DNA of 64,000 nt. Origin: Chlorokybus atmophyticus (Eukaryota; Plantae; Mesostigma and Chlorokybus algae). The notes below the pieces were generated by a model that made no database searches, had not been told where the DNA came from, and saw nothing but the letters and a program-made list of their open reading frames with translations. Shown here piece after piece: positions 49,721 to 63,079 of this stretch (the first letter of the stretch is position 1; each line of letters opens with the position of its first letter). Position numbers and translations under genes: made by a program. The stretch lies in the NCBI GenBank assembly GCA_009103225.1, contig RHPI01002220.1:50571-114570 (forward strand), read 5' to 3'.

Positions 49721-52700
49721 ATGGCGGCGGAGGAGGTGGCGGCAGGGGCGGGGGCGGCGGAGGGAGGAGGGGCAGGGGTAGGGGAGGCCAGGCCAGGATC
49801 TGGCGCTGGCAAGGGCGGCGAGGAAGTTGACATAGCTAAGGCGGCCGTGGAGAATGGTCTAGGTGGGCCTGAGGTGGGGAGGCTTGACGTGCCTGTCGGG
49901 GATGGGAGCGAACCGGCTGGCGAAGACAAGGCGGTAGGTGTGATTTTGCCATGGTATTATTTTGCATTATTTCGCAAAGTATGAAAACATTGGTCATTGC
50001 ATCGATGCTGGTTGGTCAGACGAAGTACATGTAAGTTGTGTTGCGTTATTTACGCAGTTAGCTCACTTGTATGCGCCTTTCTTGTATCTTCATTTAGATT
50101 CAATGTGATAAATACTAATCACGTTGCAGCAGATGCTCAACACTAATAGCACGTTGCATTTGTAGCGTATGGAACGCTAGCAGACAGCCCGAACACAAGC
50201 AAACATACACGCGAGATCCAATACATGCGCACGCACACATGCACAGGCACGCAGGCACAACAGTATACACGAATGGTGCACGTTAATGCCACAAGCGCTC
50301 AGTGCACGCGCTAGTCATATGCATTGCGCCCCACCCAAGCACCCACCCACCACCACACAGACACGCGTGCACAGGTCCATATGCAAACGCGCACATTCCA
50401 CATACCAACGCGCACGCACATGCAAAACCCCACCCACTACACCACGCATACACGCGCACCCACCCACCCACCCACACATATATAGAAAGACACCCCACCC
50501 CCACCCCTACCCCACCAGCTGCGTGCTTGGATGCTATGTTCAAGGAGCCACAGCAAGAAAAGACTGAACTGAGCTACTTGTATCATGTTTGATGTACTTG
50601 TGTAAATTCTTAGCCATTCCCAACCCACTTACGGTCATGAACAGAGTGAGCGCGCGCCATCATCGCGAAGCAACCGCAGCGACAAGACCGCAAGCAAGGC
50701 TTCCAACCATGCTGACGGGGATGGCGCTAAGGGGGAGGGGGACGTGGCGGTCAAGCGCATGCCGCCAGCTGGCGTTGAGAGTGTGTTCCTGACCGGAACC
50801 ACACTCAAAATACTTGAGATAGATGAGGAACGCCTCCGTGCTGGTGACATCGCAAGCATCACAATCGAAAAAAAAGTCCTGGTTGATGACATCCAGTTCC
50901 GGGGGGCGATATCAGACTTTCATACATACAAAGGAAAGATCCAGGTGCTCACATTGTTGTGGTTGCTGTTGATGTTGTTGTTGTCATTATTTTACGAACT
51001 TGCTTGCCAGCATAACACTAAACAAAAAAACATGCAGAAATACTCGGGGGACAAGCTGCTTTTGAGGTACAATGCGAAAGACATATACGGTGACGGCAAC
51101 AACTTTGAAGTGTGCCTGACACTGGAGGCCAAGGATGCCTTTGAGAAGGTTGGTTTTTCACTTGTCGTGTGCAACACCTTCTTCAAGGCACAGTATGACA
51201 CGCACTGCACATGTTTGTTATGCAGGCGGAAGAGAAAGCGAAGCGCGAGCATGAGGAGGCCCAAGCACTGCAGGCTGCGGAGGACGAGCGGCGCAGGCTC
51301 GAGAGCAAGCTGAGAGGGTGGGTCAGCCTGGGAAGCGAAAAGGAGATTGAGGAGGGACGTGTCCGGGACTCCAGGGAGCCGGTAAGCTGTCTCAGAAAAC
51401 TCGTGCTGTACAGAGAAGGACGTTGAACTGGGTCCGTAGTAAGTATGTGTGTGTTGTGCGCGAATGCGTGATTGTGAGGTGGAGACAATGTTGGGTGCAT
51501 TACAAACAGGTGTGTAGGGTAGAATGTATGTCATGTTTGCAAATGTTTTGAAGACGTTGTAAACAAACAGTTGGAAAATGTGAAGGCACAACGCCTTGAT
51601 ATTGTTGCCGTTAAACTTGCTACATGTTATGTAATGTCAGTACCAAGTAGCCTCCTGTACTGCTTGTGGTTGCGCCCATGCGCGTTAGCAGGTGTATAGC
51701 AGAGGTTGGTTACATCAGTATTAGTTGGCGTTTAGCAACATGGATGCACACGTTCATTTGCGTGCTGATTTTGTGTTGCTGCTTGTATACCAGATTGTAA
51801 TGAGCATTTCTCGGCGACGGCGAGAGTTTAACGCCCCTTACAAGTTCAGTGACAAAGACTCGCAGGTAGGAACTGCCTTACCACACCTCCGCTGACCCTC
51901 AACTGTCATGTGAAACAAACAACCATGCCATAATGCTGCAGGAGCTTTGGAACTCGTCAGCATGCGAATGCCGCCCCTTCAAGGACCCCAATTTCGACCT
52001 CCGGCGTGCTGAACAAGATCGCTGGGCGCAAGCTGGCGGCCGTGTGCGTGATGCTGCTGTGCAAGCATCAGGGTGAGTTTGTGCGTGTATGTTTGCGTGC
52101 ACACATGCATGTGTGTGCACGCACACGCGTGCAAGGTCGCATGTACATACTTAAGAGTGACTAGACAACTTGGTAACAGTCCTGTCTTGCAGGGGACAGC
52201 CACGCAACAGCTGCACGCAGTATGTGGCACGCGAGATGGACGATACAGAGGCCGCTGCGCACCTTGACAGCTATGCCATGCGAGAGTTCCTGGCCACGGT
52301 TCAGGAGAGGTATGCTGCTATCAGACCTTCAAACCAGCAGCAAGGCTTGCCATATCTGTCTGTGCCAAACATGGTTACGTGCGTAGGTGTCATTACGCGC
52401 TGGGGCAGAACGGGGCAGTGGACATCCTCGCGGACTCATTTGCAGGGCTTGCTGATGACGAAGGGACAGGCGGCGAGCACGCGAAAGCGCGCAGCGCAAT
52501 TGCGGTAGGTGTTTTGGCTTGCTTTGTCAACCAACAAAGCATGTCTGTGCTTATCAATAAGCCTTGTTTCTGCAGGAAAACCAATCGTTCACGGAGTTGC
52601 AGTACAGTAAAGGACGGCTTCTGTCGGCCATAGACTGGATGCCAAACCGCAAAGGTAAGGGGTAGATTGTGTAATCAGACATGAATCTCAACGGTCACAC

Positions 52701-55487
52701 TGATAACCATTCGTGTTGCATGGGTCCAGGCATGGTGGCGGTTTCCTGTACAGAAGCAGCAGCCCTTGACGAGCGCATAGAGCTTGTGACAGGCCGATTC
52801 AAGCCTTCCGCGCTGTTGCTATGGAACTTTATTGACCCAATTCACCCGCAGCTAGTCCTTGAATCACCCTCGGATGTGTACGCATTCCGCTTCCATCCGA
52901 CGCGCCCGGAGATTGTCGCAGCGGGTTGCTACAACGGCCAGGCAAACCACATGTTGCATCAGCGATGCAACATCACCGTACACATCATCATAGCACAACA
53001 GTGTCGTGAGTTCATCTCTGAGACACACATTGCTCGTTGCAGGTTCTGCTTTGGGACCTCACGTCGGCCATTGAGTCGCTGAGAAGGCGTGAGAAGAAGC
53101 GTGGGGGAGGAGGAGGAGGAGGTGGAGCGGGCGGTGAGGGCGGGGGAGAGGGTGGCGATGGCGCTGGCGGCAACAAGGCCATCCCTGTCGTCAAGCCTGT
53201 TGCCATCAGCCAGCTCGAAAGCAGTCACCGCACGTGCATCACAGACCTTGCATGGCTACCTGAACATCTGGAGGTGTGCTTAGAGAACTCCCTATGGCAC
53301 AACCATCAGAGAATGCTGTCTCATGCTGTCAACATCAGAAAATTACCGCCTTCCATGGGAACCTCATAGATAAGATGAATACCCCTAGGGGCAAGGCACC
53401 TGGTTCGGCATCGGTCCAACTTATTATCAACATTCATTCTCCAGTTTTGCTGTGTGTTCTGTGCCAACCTTCCTTTTGGTCTGCAGCTTAACTCCAAGGG
53501 CAGGTTAGTCAGACTGACTGGCAAGGAGCCCACCTCACCGACAACACCGTCTGCAGCGGCTGCTCCATCGCCAACTGCCGCCTCACCAACAGTCCCCTCA
53601 ACGCCATCAGCAACCGCCTCGCAGTGGTCCTCCTCGGAGTGCTTTGCGACGACGTCCGCGGACGGGACCGTCATGTTCTGGGACTCAAAGATCCTACGCA
53701 AGGTACAGAGCAACCCCAACACGGCCAACAAGACTGACAGCGCAGCCGCGCCCGCCTGGACACCCGTGTACACCCTCCCCCTCGTGCGCACAGAAGGCGC
53801 AGGCGCTGTGGCAGCCACGAAGTTCAACTTCAGCAACACTATCCCAATGCCCAAGGTTTGTGTGCCCACGTGCGTCCTCCAATACACACGCGATTGATGC
53901 GCATCCCCTCAATATGCACACCTGTGCTTGACACAACCGCTATGCAACCGAGCAATAAGCTACTAGCGTAGAATACTGGAATTACTATGTATATTCTCTG
54001 TGGTACTCTACTCTGCGCGCACTGATGGATATGTGCGCTATCAGGCTCCCCCGGTGACCTTCTGCGTGGGATCTGAGCCGGGAGACCTGCACCTGTTGCC
54101 CCTTGAGCGCCCGTCCACTGCCACGACACCCGCAGCAGGTGACTTTGGCGATGGTATAATGGAGGGCTCGACTGGCGCCGGGGCACACGCTGCCCCTGTC
54201 ACAGCACTTGACAGGTTGGTTGAATTCTATGTGGTGTGTAAGGTGGGAAAGAGGGGGGCGCACGCGCACACACACACACACGCGCGCGCGCGCGCGCGCA
54301 TTGTGCATGGTGTGAGTGCAAGTGTGATAACTACTCAAACCGTGTCTGGCTATGTATGTAACACCCCTTTGTTAGAATGTGCTTAAGTGTTGTACACATC
54401 TCAGGTCGCCATTCTTTGACAACGTTCTGCTATCGGTGGGCGACTGGTCTTTCAAGGTGTGGCAGGAGGACGCGCACGCCTACAAGCATGCGCTGATACC
54501 TGTCTTTGTGTCGCCAAACGCCGACGCCTATTGCACTGCCGGCGTTTGGAGCCCCACTCGACCGGGAGTGGCATACATTGCCCTCGCCGATGGAACCCTG
54601 CAGGTGTGTCTACTTGTACACGTTTATGTTGGGCATTCCTGCCTTCAGACACGCCCTCCAGTGCTGACTGGTGCAGTCAGTTTGTCCGGGGGTATGGTTG
54701 CGTAAACACAACTGGCATGCATCTGGCTAGGTGTGGGACCTCCTGGATCGGTCACATGAGCCAAGCATGACCACGACAGTGTCGTCCGTAGCGCTCGTGT
54801 CGCTGTCCTTCCCTCGGGGGCCATCTAGCTCAACCTCAGGTAACCAGGACATGGCTGTCAGTTGTTATTGGTGACCTCACAAAGCTCGGATGTGTGAACC
54901 ATTGTAGTTATATGACAACATTGCTGTGTACCTGCCCCAGGTCCTCAGCTGCTTGCGGTCGGAGATGCAGCCGGAACCCTTCACGTGCTGGAGCTGCCCC
55001 GCAATCTGCGCAGACCGATCAGCAACGAGGCAAGTCACCACTGCATTGACACCCAACAACAACGCATAATACCATGCGCTTCGTGTTTATCTGGTGGTCA
55101 ACCTGTCACACTGTGCGCAGAAGCAAGCCATGCAGGCTTACTTCAAGCGAGAGGCACAGCGTGCGGCCGCCAGGGCAGCCCGAGGCGCCGGCATGGCAGC
55201 TGAACCCGCACTTGACGAAAGTGGAACCTTCAGTATCGGTGCTGGTGGAATAGGTGATCTGCGTGCTGAAAGTCCTGAGGTGAGCACGGGCATGTTGTGT
55301 TGGAGCCAACCCAAAAAGGAAAGACGTTTAGCAGGCAGAGGTTGACCTTGTGATGGCTGTGTACGCGTGTGCCCAGGTTAAGGTGGTGTATGACGAGCGT
55401 GCGGAGAAAGAGTACCAGCAGATGGAGCGGGAGTTTAGAGTGGGGCTGGTGGCTTCCAGTCGTAAGGATGATAGAACAGAGCGATAG
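49721..55487 (+). CDS. DNAI3: Axonemal inner-arm I1/f dynein intermediate chain IC140 (WDR63/DNAI3) WD40 protein
   Basis: VESVFLTGTT, DDIQFRGAISDF, SISRRRREFNAPYKFSDKD, LSAIDWMP, LLWNFIDPIHPQLVLESPSDVYAFRFHPTRPEIVAAGCYNGQ|VLLWD, SSHRTCITDLAWLP, FATTSADGTVMFWD, RSPFFDNVLLSVGDWSFKVW, WSPTRPGVAYIA, VWDLLDRSHEP, LAVGDAAGTLHVLELPRNLRRP. Confidence 0.92.
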
Positions 55488-56346
55488 CTGTGTGTACATA
55501 GTAGATTGATGGTCTGCAATTCATATTCTTGCGCATGGTGATGTGCTCACCAGTAGTCGATGCATTGCGTGTTGACTTGTACATGTGATGGTGGCTAACG
55601 GCTTCCTACACTGCTCTACAGGTTTGTTTGGCTTGCATGGGGTTTGGGCCTGCCTTTCACAGCTTTATGTTTGCACTTGCTTTGCCTTGATGTTGTCGTG
55701 TTTGTGCACTGTGTGCTGCATGGTACACAATGCACTGGTATACAAGCATCTTTGTATGTACCTGGCATGCCACAGCGAGCCAGAATCTTAAAAAGCGTTT
55801 TTTGTATACATCAGACACTCAGCATGCAACATTTTTACCTCCAGGCTACATACACACCCACCGGACTACAATTTATTTCGCGCCATGAAAAAGAGGGTGA
55901 GAGCATAGGGTGCATTGCACAGAGCACAACGCTATTTTGCATCTCTTATGCACACTGTTAGGCATAAATACAGCAGGTAGCATGGTACGCATGCACTACT
56001 GTGTGCGCTGCTGCGGCTGCCCTATAGACATGCGCGTGTGCAGACACGGCAGGAAACAGAGGAAGTCAAATTGAGGGAGCCGCCTATGCTCGCATGTGCT
56101 TGAGTGGGATGCCGCGAAACACCCAAGCAGTATGCATTGAGTGCAGAAAGGAGCCCTAGTGTAAGGGGGACTACTACAAGACTCTTGGCACCGACCCTGA
56201 GACTCATGCATATAAAGCTAAGGCAGGACATGCAGTTTGCAGCAAGGGCCAATCTGCATAGCAACGCCGTGGTGCTAGACGATCTTTGCAAACAAGGCCG
56301 CCATTAAGCAATCAGCGCGACATTGCTTACATGCGAACGAAATAGC

Positions 56347-58503
56347 TTATTTGGGAAGGCGAGATTTTGGTTTCCTCTTATCGCTATCTACTGCCGCAGG
56401 CAGCCTAGAGAGAGCATAGATGAGTGCAACTCCCACCATTGCACCTGCTAAGTGAGCTATGTGGTTCACTCCACCATTTGCAAATGACATCCCGTTTGCA
56501 AGCCGCGCTTCTGACATCACCTGCACATACATCAATGCAACATGTTAGCATGATTGATGATGGACATTCGAAATGCTTGCAGCCACTCAAGAATCAACAA
56601 ACAATGGCAAGCGACTTCTGCTGGCGCCCAACCTTTGTCTCTTACCTTCTCCACAACAAACTGTCCAAGAATAACAACTTCTAACATCTTCCTCAGATTC
56701 CAGCTCAGCTGTCAGTCCCGACATTACCAGTATGAGCACAGCAGGTCTCAGCTCAGATTCAACACTGTACATATTGGCAGTCACAAGCACCGACCACCAT
56801 GCACGGGGACTAACACTGTACCTTCACCAGGACACTGACAGCAAACAGGCCAAAGACAGCTCCGCTAGCTCCCAGTGAGACCAGTTGAACACCAACACGT
56901 GACGGGAGCGCCAGCCATGAAGCAATATTGGCACCCACCCCACATGCGAGGTAAGACAGCCAGACGCCCCAGCTGCCCTCCTCCTCTTCTACTAGCTTGC
57001 CTGCCGTGAGAGCAATAGAACAACACAGCGGGTGACAAACAGGATAATGCAGCAACGGACACACGTTTTGTGGCTCGTATCTGGCTTAGTATGCTTGCAA
57101 GCAATGCAATGGTGGAACAGACACATGACACATACCAAAAACATAGAGAAAGAAGAGGTTGCCAGATAGGTGACTCCTGCGAGTCCCAAAAAGAGATCGG
57201 GTTATGGCATAGAAGTTGTCTCAAAGAACTACAATAGATAAGTGATACCCATGGGAGTAAGGCTGTAGGAGAGTTTACCAGGATGCGTGGCAGAAGATGG
57301 AAGTGACAAACTGGTAAAGCTGCGGTGCTGAATGGTTCAGGTAGAGCGCAGTTATGCCTGGCAGCTGCGCAAAGTCAGCGTTGATAACACGATCAACAAC
57401 CTTGCTGTCCCTATACCATAGCAACGCATAATTGCGGGTCCAAACCTTAAGAATGTGGTCTAGGACAAACACGGCAATGTTTGCGACAAGTAACAGAAAG
57501 ACGCCGTTGAAGTTGCTTCTGCTCGACACACTTGTATGCACGAGAGAGTCCCCACTGCGAGATGATGCCGACATCGCTGTGCATAAAAAATCAAACACTT
57601 AGCTGCAAACCCATGCAATCAAAAAGTTGTAATGCCACTGGCTTGCATTGACACCATGGCTGTACCGCATGCAAGTCGTCACTTACTTGCGGTAAAGCTT
57701 CTGCGACCAGAACCTTCATTGCTCAGCCTCAATGCAGGAAACACGGCCGCCCAGAATGGCTGCCAAACAGCATGAGCAGCCTTGAGCGCAATGTGTACAG
57801 TTGGGTTTAAACTCGCTCTATTCTTAAACACAACCATCAACAGCCATATATGTTGATACTGTTCGGTGCTCTGGTCATCAGGATTGCTAAGGCTATGAAC
57901 GGGGTTGTGTTGTTCATTGCGAAGCGTAAGCCATAGATTGTGACATGAGTACAACCTCAACTGTATACTGTCGGCTCCTTGAATTTTGGAACTCATGGAA
58001 GCGTTTACACAAACCCGGCAAGCTTGCCCGCGAGTACCAGTATGTTGTAATAAACTACACTAAAGTACCAAACGGTCATGCTATTGCTAAGACAAGCCCA
58101 ATTCCAACTGACTGCATGCACGCATGACAACCAACCATGCAACCAGGCTTCTTGGTCAGATCCCCACCTGCCTGACTGCCAGGGGCGATCCGCCTCTATA
58201 CCGGCCCCACATGGCGGCGGACAGCCCCGCACGAGAGGGAGCCACGGCTACCGCTACCCCAAGGTTTGTTCTGCAAGGGTTCCTCCAGCTAGGGTTTAGC
58301 CTCCTGCCGCCAGCAGCAAGAGCAAGAACCACAGGCGGCGGCGACGACGACGCGCCGGCAACCCTGCGGCTACAGCTGCCGTTCCTGAGGCTGGCGTTAC
58401 AGACACTTGTGCTGCTCGCTGTGCTACGATTTGCCCTCGCTGGCACCGACGACGACCCCAACAGCGGCGACGCCGCCGACAGCGGCAGCGACAACGACAC
58501 CAT
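56347..58503 (-). CDS. RBL11: Plastid rhomboid-family intramembrane serine protease, RBL11-like
   Basis: Ser/Ala/Arg-rich transit peptide from 58503; LYLNHSAPQLYQFVTSIFCHASWSHLSGNLFFLYVFGKLVEEEEGSWGVWLSYL, catalytic SLGASGAVFGLF, ILGQFVVEK, NHIAHLAGAMVG. Confidence 0.93.
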
Positions 58504-60449
58504 GCTTGTGCCGTCCCCCGCCCAGCCACCGGCCCAACGGCGAGGACTATTTCTGGCGGGTCTCAATGGAATTGTCAGTCAATGCCAGACGCTTGCATCA
58601 TGCAATCTGAATGTCATAGGATGGATGGCTCGTGATGCTGCATGAGTCATGCGTCTGCATGACGCATGCAACTTTGGCTGCATGACTCAAAGTTGGGCCC
58701 CTGGCTGCCCAAGTTGAGTCAAGCTGAGGCTGAGTGAAATTATTGTCAAGTTAGTTACCGTAACAATAATATGTATACGCTGCAACCGTTACGAATGATA
58801 AACAACCAACTATAGTAGATTGTGTTTTGTTGTGTTCAATGATAAGTATCATTTATGGGTCTCAATGGAAGTGTGTTAAAAGTGAAGGTTAAAAACAAAA
58901 ATTAAAAAAACACGATAGTATTTATTGATGTGTCAGCAAGCCAATCCAAGTCAAGTTAATTGTTAAATTACTTAATCATGAATATTTACGGCGCATCGAT
59001 CACAGTTAATGATAAACCAACGCCAACATAATGCGATTTACGTTTGTATTTGTGTAAATTATCAACCAGTTGAAATTTTTGTAACACAACGGTGTGTGCA
59101 ATAGATCATGAAATTACAATTGCATTTACAGTTTTTCCATCAGATGAAATAGTTATGTTATGTAGTGTTTATATAATTATAATTGATCCAATCATTGATA
59201 ATTGATTATTCTAATTGATTACAACAGGTAATTAATAAGTGTGTAAACAACAGTTGACTCGCAGTATTCATGCTTATATTAAAGTTGATGATGTTGTAGT
59301 TGTGGTTATAATGTATATTTGTATGTTGAATGGTGTTTTTGCTTAGTTTTTCGAGGGACTTGAAACAGCCTTGACGACGTGCCGATATTTAACATCTCAA
59401 GCACAATGGCAAGCCTTCCTTTTACAAAGGATTGGTGTGTTTGGGAATGCACTAGCTGACCCGATTTATGCTTGTCTGATGGCGCAAATATTGGCCTCGG
59501 CGATGCTTCGTGGCTGCCATGCCATGGTGGATAATTGCTGATGGTTTGTACGGAGGGACTCTCTCGGTAGGGAGCTCGGAGCTCCCTCTTTGTGTGTAAC
59601 ATTGATTAACAGTGAGTGGGCTTGGAGGGTTTATCAATTTTAACTTGAAGCATCAATAAGCATTACGCAACCTCTCATTGTATACGTAGCGCCTTTTGCT
59701 ACCATGGCCTACTCGGCTACCCCGCATTACAATGTGGTTGACTTGGGAGCTTGCGAGCTCTGCAACAGCTGCCATTGTTGGAGATCAGTGCGATGGCTGA
59801 AAAGGGTGGAATGGGACTAGTGCAGTTGCTCATCATATTGCTTTTAAGTCTGCGCGAGTTGCGATGCTGATTACGGCTTTAAAGCTCTGATACGCTTGTG
59901 CCATGCCAACTCAGTTTCTATTGCAAGAGTTAAGTTATAGAAGGTTTAACCCTTCGTCAAAACTTGTAACATTTGCACTTTCTTACCTGTCGTTAAATTA
60001 ATTCGCATTGTTATATAAAAAGTTAACCTTAAATTGAATGTGTTCAGCTATTTAATGGCGTCGCAAAGTTCATGCGCGAGGAGAAGGCCGCTTAAAGGCT
60101 AAGTGTAGATCGCGTTAATTGGATGCCTTTGGTGATCGTCAAAACCACATGGCAGCCTGTTTTTGCAGACTGCTGTATAAAGTAATAGGTTTGCGTCTGT
60201 CAAGTGATGTAAGTTTTACATGTTTTTTAAGGTCAACTTTGCAAGCAACTGCTGTTCAATGCGCACATGTGCCCTAGACTTTGCAAAATCCTGCATGAAC
60301 TGCATTTATTCCATTGTGAATATCGCAAGCACATCTTGCAGGATGGCCCATAGCAAACGGTTTGTTATATGCTCTTTAAATGCTGCCAAAACTGTGCAAG
60401 CCCTATACTACAAGCTCCGTAATGTTGGTAGTTTGCTAGACTCGATCTA

Positions 60450-60780
60450 GCATAAACAGCGAATGGCTATTTTGAGGGGGAGCCTGCCACCAAGGAGAGC
60501 CTGCCTACTATCGGTGGCAGAAATTGGTGGTAGGCGCCTCTCCCACCCGCAAGGACAGGACACCTTATCGGTGTATGTCACTAAAGCACTTCACCAATCC
60601 CTGCCACCAATCCCTGCCACCAAGGAGAGCATGCCTACCATATGTGGCAGGAATTGGTGGCCGACCCTCCCCCCCCCCCCCCCCCNCCCCCCCCCGCACG
60701 CAAGGACAGGACACCTTATTGAAGCATGTCACTAAAGCACTTTCATATATAAACAGAGAATGGCTGTTAATGCTAGATCG
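60450..60780. repeat. Tandem duplication of a unit of about 120 bp, bounded by direct and inverted repeats
   Basis: CCTGCCACCAAGGAGAGC.TGCCTAC.AT..GTGGCAG.AATTGGTGG...CGCAAGGACAGGACACCTTAT..TGTCACTAAAGCACTT occurs twice. ATAAACAG(C/A)GAATGGCT lies at both ends. Confidence 0.8.
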
Positions 60781-62535
60781 AATATGAGATCTTGCAAATT
60801 TTATAAATCCTCACGCTACTGCTGTTGAACACTAACATGCTGTGTATGATCTCTCTTGAGGGAGAAGCTTGTTGTTATTGTGCATGTCTTCATGATCACG
60901 ACCAGCACTTATACCTCATACTTGCTTGTGGCAATCCTCGTTTCCTCATGCGGATGACAAGGATATGGTAGTCCACTTTGAGGTGGGAAATTTTCGTTTC
61001 TTGAAAGGTCGGAACACTTGTACCTCGTGCGGATGACGAGGATAGATAAATATCGTTGCCAAGTGCCACAATCTAATAATTGCTGTTCACTTACAATCAA
61101 TAGCTCACTGACCACGCGGCTGTGTCGCACAGCTGGCATGGCATTTTCACATCATCTGGTCATGTATCGGGTTGCGAAGTCTATTCAAGGCTGTCACATT
61201 GGTGTGTAGCAACTTGTAGCACAAGGTGAGCACGACTTATCAATCTGCCTTAGATTACATTTCATTGCATATGTATAAGCATGTTCATGCAGTGACAACC
61301 TCAAAGATTGTAGGAGTGTGAACAAGCCAGCAGCGTGTTTGTTACTTTTAACGTTTAAGCTTTTATCGTTCACTGACGGGGCATTTGATCAGGCATTCTG
61401 CGTTAGTGGCTCTAAGGCCAATAGACATCACTTCGCTGGACACAAGGATGGAAGGCACGCTCGTTGCTCGCATAGACAGCCTAAAAGCTCATTATACAGT
61501 ATACCATAAGCTCATACCATAGTATGCACCGTGCATACATGTGGCACAGTTATTTAAAGAGGTTTTTGGACTGAATTCGTTAGGAGTCTTAACGCCGTTT
61601 TTGATTTGTTAAAGCGCGCATGAATGCGGTTGGAATCCATATTGATTTGACCAAAGGGCTCGAGTTTTTGATTGGTCATGCAATGTCACATGCATGTGCA
61701 CATGTTCGTTCAACACTTATTGTGTTGTTGGTTTCTTTTTAACTATAACGTGTTGTAATGCACACCCTCTTAACTTGAAATTCCAGAGAGCTTCGTTACA
61801 CTTGTTTGGCTACTGTACTATAAAAAGTATTATAGATTGCTAAGTTGCAACTGTGTAGTATTGGTCCATAGTCGTGTCATATGCATAGATAAATGAAAGA
61901 TTTTACAGACCCAACCGAGCAAATTAATGTTGAGATATGTTGCACCACTAAATTGGCAAAGTCATACGAAAACTGCAGCACAGCATGATACAGTGGGTGA
62001 TTATGAGATAACTCATGCTATATAAAGCATATCATGGTTATTACCCTTGCAATACCATCAATACATGCTAGCACATGTTATTCATTTGCACACACGTTAA
62101 CAAGTTTGGATGTTGTTCAGGTGATAACACCATAGCACATTGCGCAACCGCGTGCTACATACTTAGAGCATGTTTTAGATGTTCACGCCCGCTCATGTGC
62201 CGATCAACCAAACGATTAATTTTGCACGAATGTTTACATTATAAGGGATGGCTTCGCAAGGGGGTTTGCATCGTGAAGGTTTATATTTATATCAGCATGT
62301 TACGTAAGTTGCATCAAAATATTAGGCTGGCCGGTAACTGTATTGCGTTTATTACAGTTGATGGTCAGTCTAGTGTTTATGTACGCATTTGAAAGTTCCA
62401 TACACCGTACAGTGAGCTTACTTTACCACAAGTTAAGGCATTCTTGATAGGTATAGAAGTTCTGCCCATTACACCGATCAACAAATGTTTAATTTTGGCT
62501 TAGTGATCCATAATAAGGCTGTAAATACACAGCCT

Positions 62536-62830
62536 ACGTCGCAAATTTTACACGGTGACTGACTAAGGTGACTGAGGGACTGACTAGTACCTGAGCCTGC
62601 CTGAAATGTTACTTTTGGACTGTTGGGTTTGCCGTTGGCTTGAGTGGACGCAGACGGCCGCGGGCCGAAAGTGGTTGTCAGTGGCACTAATCGGCCGAGA
62701 GTTGTCAACCAGTTGCCCTTTGGTTGATGTGCACAAACGGCCGTCAGCCGGTAGTTACGGACGGCTGACAGCAATAGCCGGCAGTTTCTTTGCCGTTACA
62801 CTGCTGTCAATATGTGACCCTTGCCGTTTG
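62536..62830. mobile_element. Second copy of the repeat end at 11097-11141 (inverted), followed by a CGGCCG-rich tract
   Basis: ACGTCGCAAATTTTACACGGTGACTGACTAAGGTGACTGAGGGACTG, then GACGGCCG, TCGGCCGA, AACGGCCGT. Confidence 0.55.
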
Positions 62831-63079
62831 ACAAAAGTTGGCAATTCTTGCCGTAAGCCAACACTAACATGCAATGCAGCTTGTACAAACCTTGGACTGA
62901 CTTGTTTAGTCTTGCACCTATAAGCCCACAATATATACAATGTATCGGCAGTAATGAGAGTATGTCCACTTGCAACTGAGCAGCCGACTTGCGCATGAAA
63001 CTACCCTATAGCATTGAGTCTAGCTGTCGCACTCATGCGCAGCTTGTCCACCCGTGGTGCTTGCCTCAGAACTCCTCCT

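Noticed and set aside
1498-58503. Non-standard genetic code (TAA/TAG = Gln, as in some ulvophytes), prompted by TGA stops in most genes and a frame CDGEQ*SESQARID near 36810
   Set aside because: No in-frame TAA/TAG in any conserved exon of purH, COG6, LEO1, DNAI3 or RBL11 that I traced. PYG7, DUF2256, DNAI3 and RBL11 end at TAA/TAG. The 36810 frame falls in an intron under a better exon model.
60463-60760. CRISPR-like repeat-spacer array
   Set aside because: Only two long units, no unique equal-length spacers, no cas genes, eukaryotic context.
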